Shown here piece by piece: positions 40,671-54,363 of a stretch of DNA of 64,000 nt. The notes below the pieces were generated by a model. That model was not told where the DNA came from, searched no databases, and was given only the letters and a program-made list of their open reading frames with translations. How positions within the stretch are numbered: position 1 is the stretch's first letter; each line of letters opens with the position of its first letter. The position numbers were made by a program, and so were the translations under genes. Origin of the DNA: Chrysomallon squamiferum (Eukaryota > Animalia > Mollusca); contig CM022670.1 in NCBI GenBank assembly GCA_012295275.1, positions 29,388,001 through 29,452,000 of the forward strand, given 5' to 3'.

Positions 40671-41041
40671 CTGTTGACCCTCAATTTCACAGACCTGTTT
40701 TTCAGAATTTGGGAAATCTGGGTGAAATCTGGAAAAAAAAAAAAAAAGAATTTTGAACCTAACACCATTTTCCACCTCTAGGTACTATTAATTATTCAGA
40801 GTCATAAACATACTAACCCCTAATAAAATTCACCCAACCTACCCTACCTTTTTTTTAAACTGTGTCTTTTTTTCTTTTCTTTTTTTACATATACTGTATG
40901 ACATTTGTTTGTATTGTTTTTAATATCTATATATTATTCTTACATTATAATATTACTGCATTATACATCTGATATGTGTACTAAAGGTTAATGTTACACT
41001 GGCAATTTGCCAGACTGGTATGTGAAATCAAGGGTCAACAG
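40671..41041. mobile_element. MITE with TIRs of about 25 bp
   Basis: Left end CTGTTGACCCTCAATTTCACAGACC; reverse complement of right end CTGTTGACCCTTGATTTCACATACC; no clear TSD. Confidence 0.65.
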
Positions 41042-41382
41042 TTTATATATTAACATAAACATACATATATGTATATTTATGTACTATTTTATACTTGCAC
41101 ATAAATACACAAACATACACATAATAATTATTATTTTTTTTTTTTTTTTCTGTCTATATATTTGGTTTGTCAGAATATAATGGCTATCACTAACAGTAAA
41201 TTTTTGAGGTATATCATTTCTTTATATATTCTTTTTTGTGGGAATTCAAGAGACCTTTAAAAAACAACAAGACAGAACAACAACATACATAGGTACACAA
41301 ATGTGTGAGATGTATATTCATTAGCTTTGTTTAGATTAGGTTTCCGAGTGCATTATGAAACAGCAGTCTACTAAATGTATTA

Positions 41383-42105
41383 CAGTATACCCTCACCTGT
41401 TTGCGGTTCCCCATTCGCGGCCCCACATATTCGTGGGTTAGGCTCTTAACCCTATCGCATCGTATGCTGGTATACCAGGCTAGCGTCATAACGTCATAAA
41501 AACAAATGCTCGGTAAACCGCACAAACAATATCAAATTTTTTCAATTATTATTGCAATACAGTACGTATTTTTTTATAAATGCATACACTGTATGTACAG
41601 TGCATATTTTTTGTGACCATGTATTAATAATGTTTTTAATTGCATATTATTACTGAATTGTATTATTATTACCTGAACTGTGCGTACTGTATTTATCTGT
41701 CTGTTTGCCTTTAAATTTGTTCCACTTTCTGTCAATTCTAATACATATGTTGTATGCATAGAAAATGACTTTACGGTACAGTAATACTGTATGGGTAACT
41801 ATGCTATGCGGTGTTACTGTCCTCCTGTACTTACGTTTCTTTCTGATTAAAATATTGTTTCAGTACAAAATTAAAATGTGTTTACATTATCATTACTACA
41901 TTAGTGAAATACATAACTGCATGCAATATTACTACATTATTACTGTATTAATGAATAAGAGTATCTTTAGAAAGTGTTTGGGAAGCATTTAGTACCATAT
42001 ATAATCTCATAATAGACGTTTTAAAACTGCATCCAATATTCGCGGTTTATCGCTATTCGCCGGGGGGTAAAGAACGTAACCCCCGCAAATAGCGAGGGAA
42101 TACTG
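41383..42105. mobile_element. pogo/Tigger-like (MER44-type) MITE, 723 bp
   Basis: TIRs CAGTATACCCTCACCTGTTTGCGG and (reverse complement) CAGTATTCCCTCGCTATTTGCGG; TA TSD at 41381-41382 and 42106-42107; no coding capacity. Confidence 0.8.
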
Positions 42106-42916
42106 TATTCACATTAACTTGCATATTAAAAGCCATCAGTTAAATATTGGGAAATGTATGTGCAATATTTTCCTCACTGCTGCTAATGATATTCCAAAGT
42201 TTAAAAAATGATATTGCAATTCAGTTTTTCATCGTCATACAAGTAGACCTGACATATGTTCATTTCATCATTGTGACTTTACTTGGCCACTTACAATGAG
42301 CTAATTTGTTATACTGTTTGTGTGATAACTTATTTCAATAGCAGTGTGAATTCCAAAAATAGTGCACATACAAAATACATTTCAGAGTAATTAAAAACAG
42401 ATAATAAAGTAACAACTTTTAATAGTATTATATTACTGATAAGATCTTGCAAAGAATTCCTTTATTTCCAATAAATGTATACATTATTTCTTTACAATTT
42501 TTTTTTATTTCTACAAATATTTTTGAGAATAACCTGAATACTAAAATAACAGTGCAGAATATTAAGCTTTCATTAAACGTGTGTCCTTACATAATTCTCA
42601 TCTTATTTTATAGATTTGTATTTATCGTGAATGAGAAAAATAATTTTAGGTTTTGAAATGTGAACATTTTTGTTAGGATCTGATTGAAATATCTTTCTCT
42701 CTCTTAATATCAATTTCATCCCCAATAATTTCTCTCCTCTCACAGGATAGCAAAGTCAGCAATAATTAAGTGGTAAAAAACTAATTTGTTTCAACTGCCA
42801 ACAAACCAGAAATAATTCATTTCTCTTCTTTCAACTTGAATGCAGAGCATGTCAGAACACAATCTTCGATTAAATTATGTATTTGGCTGCCTTAAAGTTT
42901 TCCTCAATGTATGGAT

Positions 42917-45137
42917 TCACTTTGCTGTGACAAACTGATGTTGCAGTTCAGATATACTGACAGACTGCCCTGCTTTTTCATCATAATCATACCACTCCTG
43001 GAATTTTAAAAGCAAAAAAAAAACAACAACAAAGAAGTGAATAAAAAAATAATAATAAAAAAATTAAAATAAAGCAGAAGACCCATCAGTTATTCATATT
43101 GAGAGAGAGAGAGAGAGAGTTGTGCAAAAAATTGTTCTTTGGCTGCAAGTAATTATCTGAAATGATTAAAATCAATTTTTCTGAACAGACAGAGACACAC
43201 AAAATAATAATAAAAAGTACATCTATATATCACAATAATATATTTACACAAACCTTTTCATTCAAATCAATATCATTAAATTTTGTTTCAGACTCTTCAC
43301 CCATGACACTCCAGCCAATCTGAAACAAAGGTAATATTTAAATGTTTTTCATTAATAGACATATCTCAACTGAAAAAACTTAAAATATATTTATGTCAGT
43401 GTTAGCTTTTGGAAATGATTAGATCTCCAAAAAAAGATTAGCAGTTTGTTAGTTTTCACTTCTGTCACAGATACTGTTATATATAAAAAGAGTTAATTAG
43501 GTGAAATCTTCTTGCATATATGATTAAAAACTAACACATTCCTTGCATTTTTATATATTTTTATATTTTTATAATTTAGTTATATCTGACATTAACATGT
43601 ACGTATAGCCGAGCAAAAAAGTTGTTTACTTTTTATCTATTTTTTTTTATTTTTGTTTTTAGCAAAATTATTTTAGCAGTTTTGTGCTTATAAACAAAAT
43701 AATTATACGAGAAGGAAAGAAACTAGATGCATCTAAGAAGGCATTCTAAGAGTCAAACATTTAATGTTATGTTTTGTTACATAAAGTACCCTAGGTGAAA
43801 AGTCTGTTGGTTCCACACCACGACAGTCAAATGTGACAATTGTCTTAAATTTGCCTGCGTTTTCTGCATTGTACTCTGAGACTGAGACTGGAATTATGTC
43901 TGCAGTAAAATCAAAACATCTGTTAATAAATTATAAAATGACTCATATATATTTTAAAAATTAGTTTTAAATTCAATAAAATAAAAAATAAATTACACAA
44001 AAAGAATGCCAAATTAAAAAACCTGTAACTAATACTAACATTATTTTGTTTTCAGATATAAAATCAGTACTGTGTAGAAAATAAACAATATAAACAAACA
44101 CAGTTTGTGTCACACTCACACACACACACACACACATTTATATAGCAACTTTTCCATACTAAATAAGTTCAAGGCTGCTTTACAGTGTAAACTAATAAAC
44201 TAAAATATAAAAAGACGTGGACATGAACATATTAAAATAAATGTAAACATAATGATGAACATGTTAATATGATGATAAAGATAAAGTTATAAAGGACAAA
44301 ATGATTTGAATTTAAAGACTATTTTTTTTTTGTGGAGAACATAAAGTCACATCTTTAGAAAAGACAATAAATTTGTTTAACAATACATTTCATATGTAAT
44401 AATAATAATAATATCTGAAAATCATCAAAAAAATTTGTACTTACCAATGGAATTTTCTCTTTTACAGAGTTTGCATTTGAGCACAACACTGGCATGACCC
44501 CTACCACCAGTTAGTGGTGAACTTTCCTGTAAAATATCGTAAACCCAAATTATTCAGGTATTTATAATCTAAATACCTTTGAATGAAGAACAGGTTTAAA
44601 AACTGTCTGAAACTTTCTTGACAAAGTGCTTCTACAATTCACATTTTAATGTCTTATAATTATTTTGTAGAAATTCTTACAAATGTAAAAAGAAAAAACA
44701 AAATGTCTGGGTTAAGATTCAGCAAAGGTAAATCAACATGCAGAATATGTTACTATTATCAGCATCTGGAAAACTGGTGGCCAAGTGACCATCTATCTAG
44801 TCTATATGTCTGTATGTCTATCTACACTTGTTATTTAAACATTTACAATATAAAATTGCATAATCCACACATATATATGTGCAGGTGTGTGTGTGAGTAT
44901 CTATCTATCTATCTATCTATATATATATATAAAAGAGATTTAATATTCCTTTTGTAACAAATTAAAAAGAATACTAAATGAATTTCTAATTCTTCTTCTT
45001 TGTTGTAAATTATTCAACAATGTTGGCAGTGTATTATTATTATTATTCATATATGTAGCAATGGCAGAAATTATGTGCAGTATCTAGTTCTGCTATAAAA
45101 TTTTAACATGATATAATGAACGAAATATAACTTAAAA

Positions 45138-45169
<32 letters not shown>

Positions 45170-45257
45170 AATAAATAATTAAGTTGTTTCAACTCACAGT
45201 TTGAGTGCAGTAAATAAATTCACGTGTTTCTTCACCACAGTTGAGACATTTAAGCTG

Positions 45258-45289
<32 letters not shown>

Positions 45290-47003
45290 TCACACTCACA
45301 CTTAAACTTCTAGAAAATTTGAGTTTGAAAAATGGTACTTCCTGAACATTGTTAGTTATATTCCATCATCTTGTGAATAATTTGAAGAGTTAACAAAGTA
45401 ATTTTACTCATACTTTCGTTTTTAGCCTTCCAACATTGACTGCCATGGTTTGTGACAAAAGTGGTCTCTGCGCTGCAGTGAAATGTCATTAATTCTTGTG
45501 ACCTGCAATCACTTCTGATTCACTCATTGATATTTCTGCTTTGTCATATTTTCAGACAAAACAAACATCACTACATAGTATATGTATTGAGCTTCACCAG
45601 TGTATTAATTTCTTGACATGTTTTCTTGGATAAACAATAGGGAATCAAGAGGCAAGCTTTCTGTTTTAAAATGATCATCATATGACTAAGTTAAATGTGC
45701 GTTTTAAAATCCTGATATGCTTATATCAGGATTTTATAACCTCATTTAACTAAGTTACAGGTTATGCGCTTCTTTCACAGTCTGCCAAATTTCAGACAAT
45801 CAGCTGTTGCTGCTGATGTCTGAAAAGTTTGGTATTTTGTTTGATTTAGTAACTATGTGGCATAATATTCCAATTTAAAATAAAATTTTCTTTCTGATAA
45901 AGATGTTGATTATGAAGACAGTTCTTAGCAACATAGATTTTATGAATTTTTTGATATCTAGATAATGAAGTCATAGGGCAAATTAAAGTCAATTAATGTT
46001 ATTGACAAAAAAACAATAAAAAAACAAAATAAATAAATGTTAGCAAAAAAACTTGAAAATGAAAAAATTATATAATTCATCAGTCTTGAAAAATGATCTT
46101 TTTGTATACTCAATACTGGTTTAATTTCCATGGAATTTTTTAGAATTAACACATAAGGTTCTGTTGAATTAAATAGTGCAATTCATTATTAAATCCATGA
46201 GTGTTAAAAATGCTGTACAGCTCTAGAACTCATTTAAAACTTCATTTAGATATATAATAAATGCCATATTAGTTTGAAACTATGTGATATTCAGTATTTA
46301 TGTTGCTAAATAAGGAAATGACAGTTTTTTTCATAAGATTCTGAAGGAAAAATAACGACTAATTTTATTCATATAAAAATTCGTAACTTCTTTTCATATC
46401 AGTGATATATTGGTGCCATTATAATTTGCTTTTTTTTTTTGGGGGGGGGCTATTTCTTATTTTCTATAACTTTATAGTTTTGAACATTTTGTGACACACC
46501 TGCAAATGGTTACTAAGTAATTACTTAATATCCGATTTTCTTTGCACACAATCATGACAATGTTATGCATAATAAACAAAAATAGCCCTGTATGATTTAG
46601 TACTATTAAGAACAAAAATGTACTCAAGAATATTCGTCTAATTTAGTCTGTCAGTAAAGCTCAGGCCAAATCACCTGTTACAGAGTAAAAAACATGGAAT
46701 ATCTTTAATACTATAGTAGCATTACAGTCATCTCCCTTAATCATACCTTTAGATACCATCTGAAGTCCTCATCCTCAGGTTTTAGACAAGTGAGGTTTTC
46801 TAGCTGAGCTGATATTTGGAGATCAATTTTCTGAAACAAAAGGAAAAACAAAGACAATGATAGTACAATATCCTTTAAAAAAAAACAAAAAAACAACAAC
46901 AACAAAATCCCCCACAAAAACAACTAAAAACTAGTTAAACATGGACCATGTTTTATTCTGTATCGTTAATTCCTCCTTGAAAAAGAAAAGTAACCTGTTT
47001 CAT
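42917..47003 (-). CDS. CZIB: CXXC motif-containing zinc-binding protein (C1orf123/DUF866)
   Basis: Minus-strand exons 46995-47003 (MKQ, start tentative), 46747-46830, 45198-45254, 44445-44526, 43790-43899, 43254-43319, 42917-42997. Protein: [78 protein letters not shown]...[68 protein letters not shown]. Two CxxC motifs. Confidence 0.92.
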
Positions 47004-47147
47004 AAATGACGGAAATTGTGACTATTCGTTCGTCATCGGTTTTCGGCGGAATACATAAAGCTTCGATAATTCTATCACTTCATTTAGCAGTTAAAAATGT
47101 TAAAAAGGAGAGATATAAAAAGGAGAGTTTTAGCAACTTTCGGGCAA

Positions 47148-47496
47148 TTATTTTCAAAATTTATATTACTTTAAATTAATATTTCAGAAATTATAAATAA
47201 TGTAAATTAATAAATAATAAAAAATAAACATTTCTTTCTACGTTTATTTTCCAGGCCTCTGTCGGAGGTTCTTACGATATTTTGTCTAGAATAAAATAAT
47301 CATCGTCGATGCACGATATCTGAAGCAGTTGTCGCCATATTGATTTATATCATTTTAACGATAAATTAATTTCTTTACAAATAAAATAAAGTTAGAAACA
47401 AATGTTTATTTTTGTTATTTATTAATTTAAAAATTTAAATAATTATTCACAATTTCTGAAATATAAATTTAAAAGTAATATAATTTTTGAAAATAA
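47148..47496. mobile_element. Foldback/MITE-like inverted repeat with arms of about 100 bp, upstream of CZIB
   Basis: 47148-47250 matches the reverse complement of 47383-47496 (ttattttcaaaa.ttatattacttt.aaatt.atatttcagaaatt...aaattaataaataa.aaaaataaacattt.tttcta). Confidence 0.7.
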
Positions 47497-50050
47497 ACAC
47501 GCATGTAAAAAGCCTCCATCATAGAGTCTATGAATTTTGTTTCTGGCGTCATCGCTTCCGCGAACTAAATAAGATGTTGCGGTTCGGACATGTCAGAGTA
47601 TTTTATCCCGGGATTATACTTTGAATAAGAGAAAACCTCTGTAAGCTAAACATTTCTTTACAGGCTAAAAGTGTAAATTAACAATGACTGGTTCTGTCAG
47701 ACTATTTAAAGTATTATAAGATTCAAATTTAAAATAATATACTTCGACAAGCATGTTATCACAAAACGCTACTGATAAAGAAAAATAATCGACGAGGAAG
47801 TGTGTTTGTGTGTGGTAGTGGGATGGGGTGGCAGGTTCTGGATGTGCGTACGTGCAACACTAAATATTTTCATTACAAAATAGATCTGTTCATTCTTGAT
47901 TTAGTAGGTTTTCTTTTTTCTCTGTATACCTTCCATAATTATCTCCCTTCCTTAGACTTAGGCACTATATATTACTATGTTTTTATTTGATTATGTGGGC
48001 GACTGAAAGGAGGCGTGGGTATCTATGCGTGCATATGTATGAATGACGTGTGTGCCTGTGCATGAAAGAAAGAATGGGTGCGTGTTTTTGTGTTAAAGAG
48101 AGTGTGCTTTTGTAATCGTACGTGTGTTAGAGAGTGGACACGTATGCGAAAGTGAAATGAGGAGTGGGAATATATGTTTGTATGTGTATGAATGTGGGGT
48201 ATATGTCCGAGAGAGAGGTTGGGTATGTCTGTTGCGGTGTGGGTATACATGCGAAAGTGAAAGGATTTTCAAATGATTTCTCTATGTCATATATTTTGAA
48301 CAAAGTTATATCACCAAGTAATCGTCAATAAAACTATTTCATAATTAATTTAAATAAAATAAGTATTTTCTAGTACCTAAAATGCAGCGACAAGGAGTCA
48401 CCTGGTGAGTGATGACACCCGCACCTCAGTGTGGCTAATACGGGAACTCATACTTGAAAATGAGCTACCGAGGGACTGTTCACCTTAGGTACAGAACAAA
48501 AATAGCTGAAGTATAGATGTGTGTATGTTTGCACATAGTGTTTTGTTCGTAATGTTTTATTTACGCAGATATATGTATTAGTGTCGGAAATCATATTTTA
48601 TTATTCATAAAAAAATAAAAAATAAAAAAATATAAAATAATGATAAAAAAAAAAACTAGATGGTATATAAATGAATAAATAAATAATAATGGAGAAAAAT
48701 GAAAGAAGAAAAAAAAGCAGAAAAAGTAAGAAGTATAAAATGAAATGGTTGATTTTAATATTTAAAACATTTGAATGAAATGAATGAGAAATACGTTTAT
48801 TTTATGTTAACTTGGAAAACCGAAGAATGGTTACTACAAAAAAAAAAAGGTGATAAAGTCAGAAATAGAGCAAGGAATTACTAACTCTGTTAGTTTTTAT
48901 GTACATAACCTAAATTGCGAAACTGATAAATCAGGAATTAAAAACAACATTTTTGTTTTAAACAGAAACTACAAACATTGTTTACACCTCAAATTTTACG
49001 ACTGCTATAAAATTTACATGAGTTTATGAAAACTTCACTTTTGTTACTATGTGATTTTATTATACATTTTGAAATATTTTCATTTTAATTTTGTTATATA
49101 TTTATAACTCTCGGTTTTACAGAACTCGGATACGGACGTGTAAATAGCAAATATTTGTGAGTGCAGCGGTAACACAGTGTTTCCTCAAAATATCGTCATT
49201 TTTATTATTATTATTATTACTAAAATACTTTTGTGACTAGAAATGACTTCTGTGGCTTAAAGAGGAAGTGTGTGAAAAGAAAAAAGGTGCATCTTGGTCT
49301 TCGTCAGAAGTTAGTCGTTAGAACTTGATGTACGGGCGTTTCTGTATATTATTCTTACACTATCCTATTACTGTGTTATGTACTAAAATTTAATGGTTCG
49401 GTAAACTTTACGGTTAATGTTTTCTTTAGCGATTTTCCTGACAGTTGCTCCCAGTTGCTGGTTCGTGAATTCGAACAAAAATTAGCACTGCATGAACAGT
49501 AAATACACAATTAAAAATAAAGTAAAATAAATAATTAAATAAATATTAAAGCATGAATGAATGATTAAATGATAGCGCAGTTATTGACTTTACTTCAGCG
49601 GTATTATTATTATTCTTTTTATCCTTCTGATTGTTAATTAATTATTATGAGCTGCGAGAAAAAATACTATTTAAATTTTAATTACCTTCACTTAATTGTA
49701 TTGGTTATTTACAGGACTTATATAATTTTGTAATAAACTATTTTCTCCTTGTATTGTTGGTTATAAAATCTGTACTGAATAAACCTGTTTGTTTGAATGT
49801 TTTGTTTATTAGATTTATTACTGGTAAATAAATATCTTATCTGAATAACCCTGTCAATCGTCTAAATTTGAGTACACATTGTTAATTTTATGCCGACGCC
49901 TTTAAATACGATCAATGTATACGATACAGAAGGTATTTTATATATGAAACACAGTATTAAAAAAAAAAAAAAAAAAAAACTAGGAAACTTTTCTGTTTTT
50001 ATCTAAAATGTAGCGAAAATGAACGACAGTTTTAATTATGAATAACACTC

Positions 50051-53000
50051 ACTATTCTGTCACAGTTATAGCAGCTCTGTGACTATTCTGTCTCATTTCT
50101 AGCAGTACTTCTCTACTCTATAGCTCTGTGACTATTCTGTCACAGTTCTAGCAGCTCTGTGACTATTCTGTCACAGTTCTAGCAGCTCTGTGACTATTCT
50201 GTCTCAGTTCTAGCAGTACTGCTCTACTCTATAGCTATGTCGCTATTGTGTCACTGATCTAGCAGTACTGCTCTTCTCTATAGCTCTGTGACTATTCTGT
50301 CTCATTTCTAGCAGTACTGCTCTACTCTATAGCTATGTCGCTATTGTGTCACTGATCTAGCAGTACTGCTCTTCTCTATAGCTCTGTGACTATTCTGTCT
50401 CATTTCTAGCAGTACTGCTCTACTCTATAGCTATGTCGCTATTGTGTCACTGATCTAGCAGTACTGCTCTTCTCTATAGCTCTGTGACTATTCTGTCTCA
50501 TTTCTAGCAGTACTGCTCTACTCTATAGCTATATGACTATTCTGTCTCATTTCTAGCAGTACTGCTCTACTCTATAGCTATGTCGCTATTGTGTCACTGA
50601 TCTAGCAGTACTGCTCTACTCTATAGCTCTGTGACTATTCTGTCTCATTTCTAGCAGTACTGCTCTACTCTATAGCTATGTCGCTATTGTGTCACTGATC
50701 TAGCAGTACTGTTCTACTCTATAGCTCTGTGACTATTCTGTCTCATTTCTAGCAGTACTTCTCTACTCTATAGCTCTGTGACTATTCTGTGTCATTTCTA
50801 GCAGTACTGCTCTACTCTATAGCTATGTGACTATTCTGTCACTGATCTAGCAGTACTGTTCTACTCTATAGCTCTGTGACTATTCTGTCTCATTTCTAGC
50901 AGTACTTCTCTACTCTATAGCTCTGTGACTATTCTGTGTCATTTCTAGCAGTACTGCTCTACTCTATAGCTATGTCGCTATTGTGTCACTGATCTAGCAG
51001 TACTGTTCTACTCTATAGCTCTGTGACTATTCTGTCTCATTTCTAGCAGTACTTCTCTACTCTATAGCTCTGTGACTATTCTGTCTCATTTCTAGCAGTA
51101 CTGCTCTTCTCTATAGCTCTGTGACTATTCTGTCTCAGTTCTAGCAGTACTGCTCTACTCTATAGCTCTGTGACTATTCTGTCTCATTTCTAGCAGTACT
51201 TCTCTATTCTATAGCTCTGTCGCTATTGTGTCACTGATCTAGCAGTACTGCTCTTCTCTATAGCTCTGTGACTATTCTGTCTCAGTTCTAGCAGTACTGC
51301 TCTACTCTATAGCTCTGTCGCTATTGTGTCACTGATCTAGCAGTACTGCTTTACTCTATAGCTCTGTGACTATTCTGTCTCAGTTCTAGCAGTACTGTTA
51401 TACTCTATAGCTATGTCGCTATTGTGTCTTATTTCTAGCAGTACTGCTCTACTCTATAGCTCTGTGACTATTCTGTCTCAGTTCTAGCAGTACTGCTCTA
51501 CTCTATAGCTATGTCGCTATTGTTCACTGATCTAGCAGTACTGCTTTACTCTATAGCTATGTCGCTATTGTTCACTGATCTAGCAGTACTGCTCTACTCT
51601 ATAGCTCTATGACTATTCTGTCTCAGTTCTAGCAGTACTGCTCTACTCTATAGCTATGTCGCTATTGTTCACTGATCTAGCAGTACTGCTCTACTCTATA
51701 GCTCTATGACTATTCTGTCTCAGTTCTAGCAGTACTGCTCTACTCTATAGCTCTGTGACTAATCTGTCTCATTTCTAGCAGTACTGCTCTACTCTATAGC
51801 TCTGTGACTATTCTGTCTCATTTCTAGCAGTACTGCTCTACTCTAAGGCTATGTCGCTATTGTTCACTGATCTAGCAGTACTGCTCTACTCTATAGCTCT
51901 GTGACTATTCTGTCTCATTTCTAGCAGTACTGCTCTACTCTATAGCTATGTCGCTATTGTTCACTGATCTAGCAGTACTGCTCTACTCTACAGCTATGTC
52001 GCTATTGTTCACTGATCTAGCAGTACTGCTCTACTCTATAGCTCTGTGACTATTCTGTCTCATTTCTAGCAGTACTGATCTTCTCTATAGCTCTGTGACT
52101 ATTCTGTCTCAGTTCTAGCAGTACTGCTTTACTCTATAGCTCTGTGACTATTCTGTCTCAGTTCTAGCAGTACTGTTATACTCTATAGTTATGTCGCTAT
52201 TGTGTCTCATTTCTAGCAGTACTGCTCTACTCTATAGCTATGTCGCTATTGTGTCACTGATCTAGCAGTACTGCTCTACTCTATAGCTATGTCGCTATTG
52301 TTCACTGATCTAGCAGTACTGCTTTACTCTATAGCTCTGTGACTATTCTGTCTCAGTTCTAGCAGTACTGCTCTACTCTATAGCTATGTCGCTATTGTTC
52401 ACTGATCTAGCAGTACTGCTTTACTCTATAGCTCTGTGACTATTCTGTCTCAGTTCTAGCAGTACTGCTCTACTCTATAGCTCTGTGACTAATCTGTCTC
52501 ATTTCTAGCAGTACTGCTCTACTCTATAGCTCTGTGACTATTCTGTCTCATTTCTAGCAGTACTGCTCTTCTCTATAGCTCTGTGACTATTCTGTCTCAT
52601 TTCTAGCAGTACTGCTCTACTCTATAGCTATGTCGCTATTGTTCACTGATCTAGCAGTACTGCTCTACTCTATAGCTATGTCGCTATTATTCACTGATCT
52701 AGCAGTACTGCTCTACTCTATAGCTCTGTGACTATTCTGTCTCAGTTCTAGCAGTACTGCTCTACTCTATAGCTCTGTGACTATTCTGTCTCAGTTCTAG
52801 CAGTACTGCTCTACTCTATAGCTCTGTGACTATTCTGTCTCAGTTCTAGCAGTGCTGCTTTACTCTATAGCTCTGTGACTATTCTGTCTCATTTCTAGCA
52901 GTGCTGCTCTACTCTATAGCTCTGTGACTATTCTGTCTCAGTTTTAGCAGTGCTGATATACTCTATAGCTCTGTGACTATTCTGTCTCAATTCTAGCAGT

Positions 53001-54240
53001 GCTGCTTTTCTGTACAGCTCTGTGACTATCTGTCTCAGTTCTAGCAGTACTGCTTTACTCTATAGCTCTGTGACTATTCTGTCTCATTTCTAGCAGTACT
53101 GCTTTTCTGTACAGCTCTGTGACTATTCTGTCTCAGTTCTAGCAGTACTGCTTTACTCTATAGCTCTGTGACTATTCTGTCTCATTTCTAGCAGTACTGT
53201 TATACTCTATAGCTATGTCGCTATTGTGTCACTGATCTAGCAGTATTGCTCTACTCTATAGCTCTGTGACTATTCTGTCTCAGTTCTAGCATTACTGCTT
53301 TACTCTATAGCTCTGTGACTATTCTGTCTCAGTTCTAGCAGTACTGCTCTACTCTATAGCTCTGTGACTATTCTGTCTCATTTCTAGCAGTACTGCTCTT
53401 CTCTATAGCTCTGTGACTATTCTGTCTCATTTCTAGCAGTACTGCTTTACTCTATAGCTCTGTGACTATTCTGTCTCAGTTCTAGCAGTACTGTTATACT
53501 CTATAGCTATGTCGCTATTGTGTCTTATTTCTAGCAGTACTGCTCTACTCTATAGCTATGTCGCTATTGTGTCACTGATCTAGCAGTACTGCTCTACTCT
53601 ATAGCTCTGTGACTATTCTGTCTCAGTTCTAGCAGTACTGCTCTACTCTATAGCTATGTCGCTATTGTTCACTGATCTAGCAGTACTGCTTTACTCTATA
53701 GCTCTATGACTATTCTGTCTCAGTTCTAGCAGTACTGCTTTACTCTATAGCTCTGTGACTATTCTGTCTCAGTTCTAGCAGTACTGCTCTACTCTATAGC
53801 TATGTCGCTATTGTTCACTGATCTAGCAGTACTGCTTTACTCTATAGCTCTGTGACTATTCTGTCTCAGTTCTAGCAGTACTGCTCTACTCTATAGCTAT
53901 GTCGCTATTGTGTCACTGATTCTGTCTCATTTCTTCTATAGCTCTGTGACTATTCTGTCTCATTTCTAGCAGTACTGTTATACTCTATAGCTCTGTGACT
54001 ATTCTGTCTCATTTCTAGCAGTACTGCTCTACTCTATAGCTCTGTGACTATTCTGTCTCAGTTCTAGCAGTACTGCTCTACTCTATAGCTCTGTGACTAT
54101 TCTGTCTCAGTTCTAGCAGTACTGCTCTACTCTATAGCTCTGCGACTATTCTGTCTCAGTTCTAGCAGTACTGCTCTACTCTATAGCTCTGTGACTATTC
54201 TGTCTCAGTTCTAGCAGTACTGCTATACTCTATAACTCTG
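50051..54240. repeat. 49-bp tandem satellite array, about 4.2 kb and 85 units
   Basis: Unit ctattctgtctcagttctagcagtactgctctactctatagctctgtga; variant with ctattgt(g)tcactgatc and gctatgtcg; 31-bp units at the left edge. Confidence 0.95.
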
Positions 54241-54327
54241 AGGTGGGCGTGTCGAATTTATCTAATCACTGAGTTACAGCCCACACCCTTATTATTTAGT
54301 TACTGATCACCAACAAACAATTATTTA

Positions 54328-54363
<36 letters not shown>

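Noticed and set aside
46937-46955. Alternative CZIB start ATG GTC (MV)
   Set aside because: Good Kozak context, but no GT donor directly after codon 2 and it lies in a short palindrome; not excluded, and the start remains uncertain
50051-54240. CRISPR array or repetitive coding region
   Set aside because: Contiguous tandem units with no unique spacers, no cas genes and a eukaryotic context; the 49-bp period and frequent stops rule out an ORF
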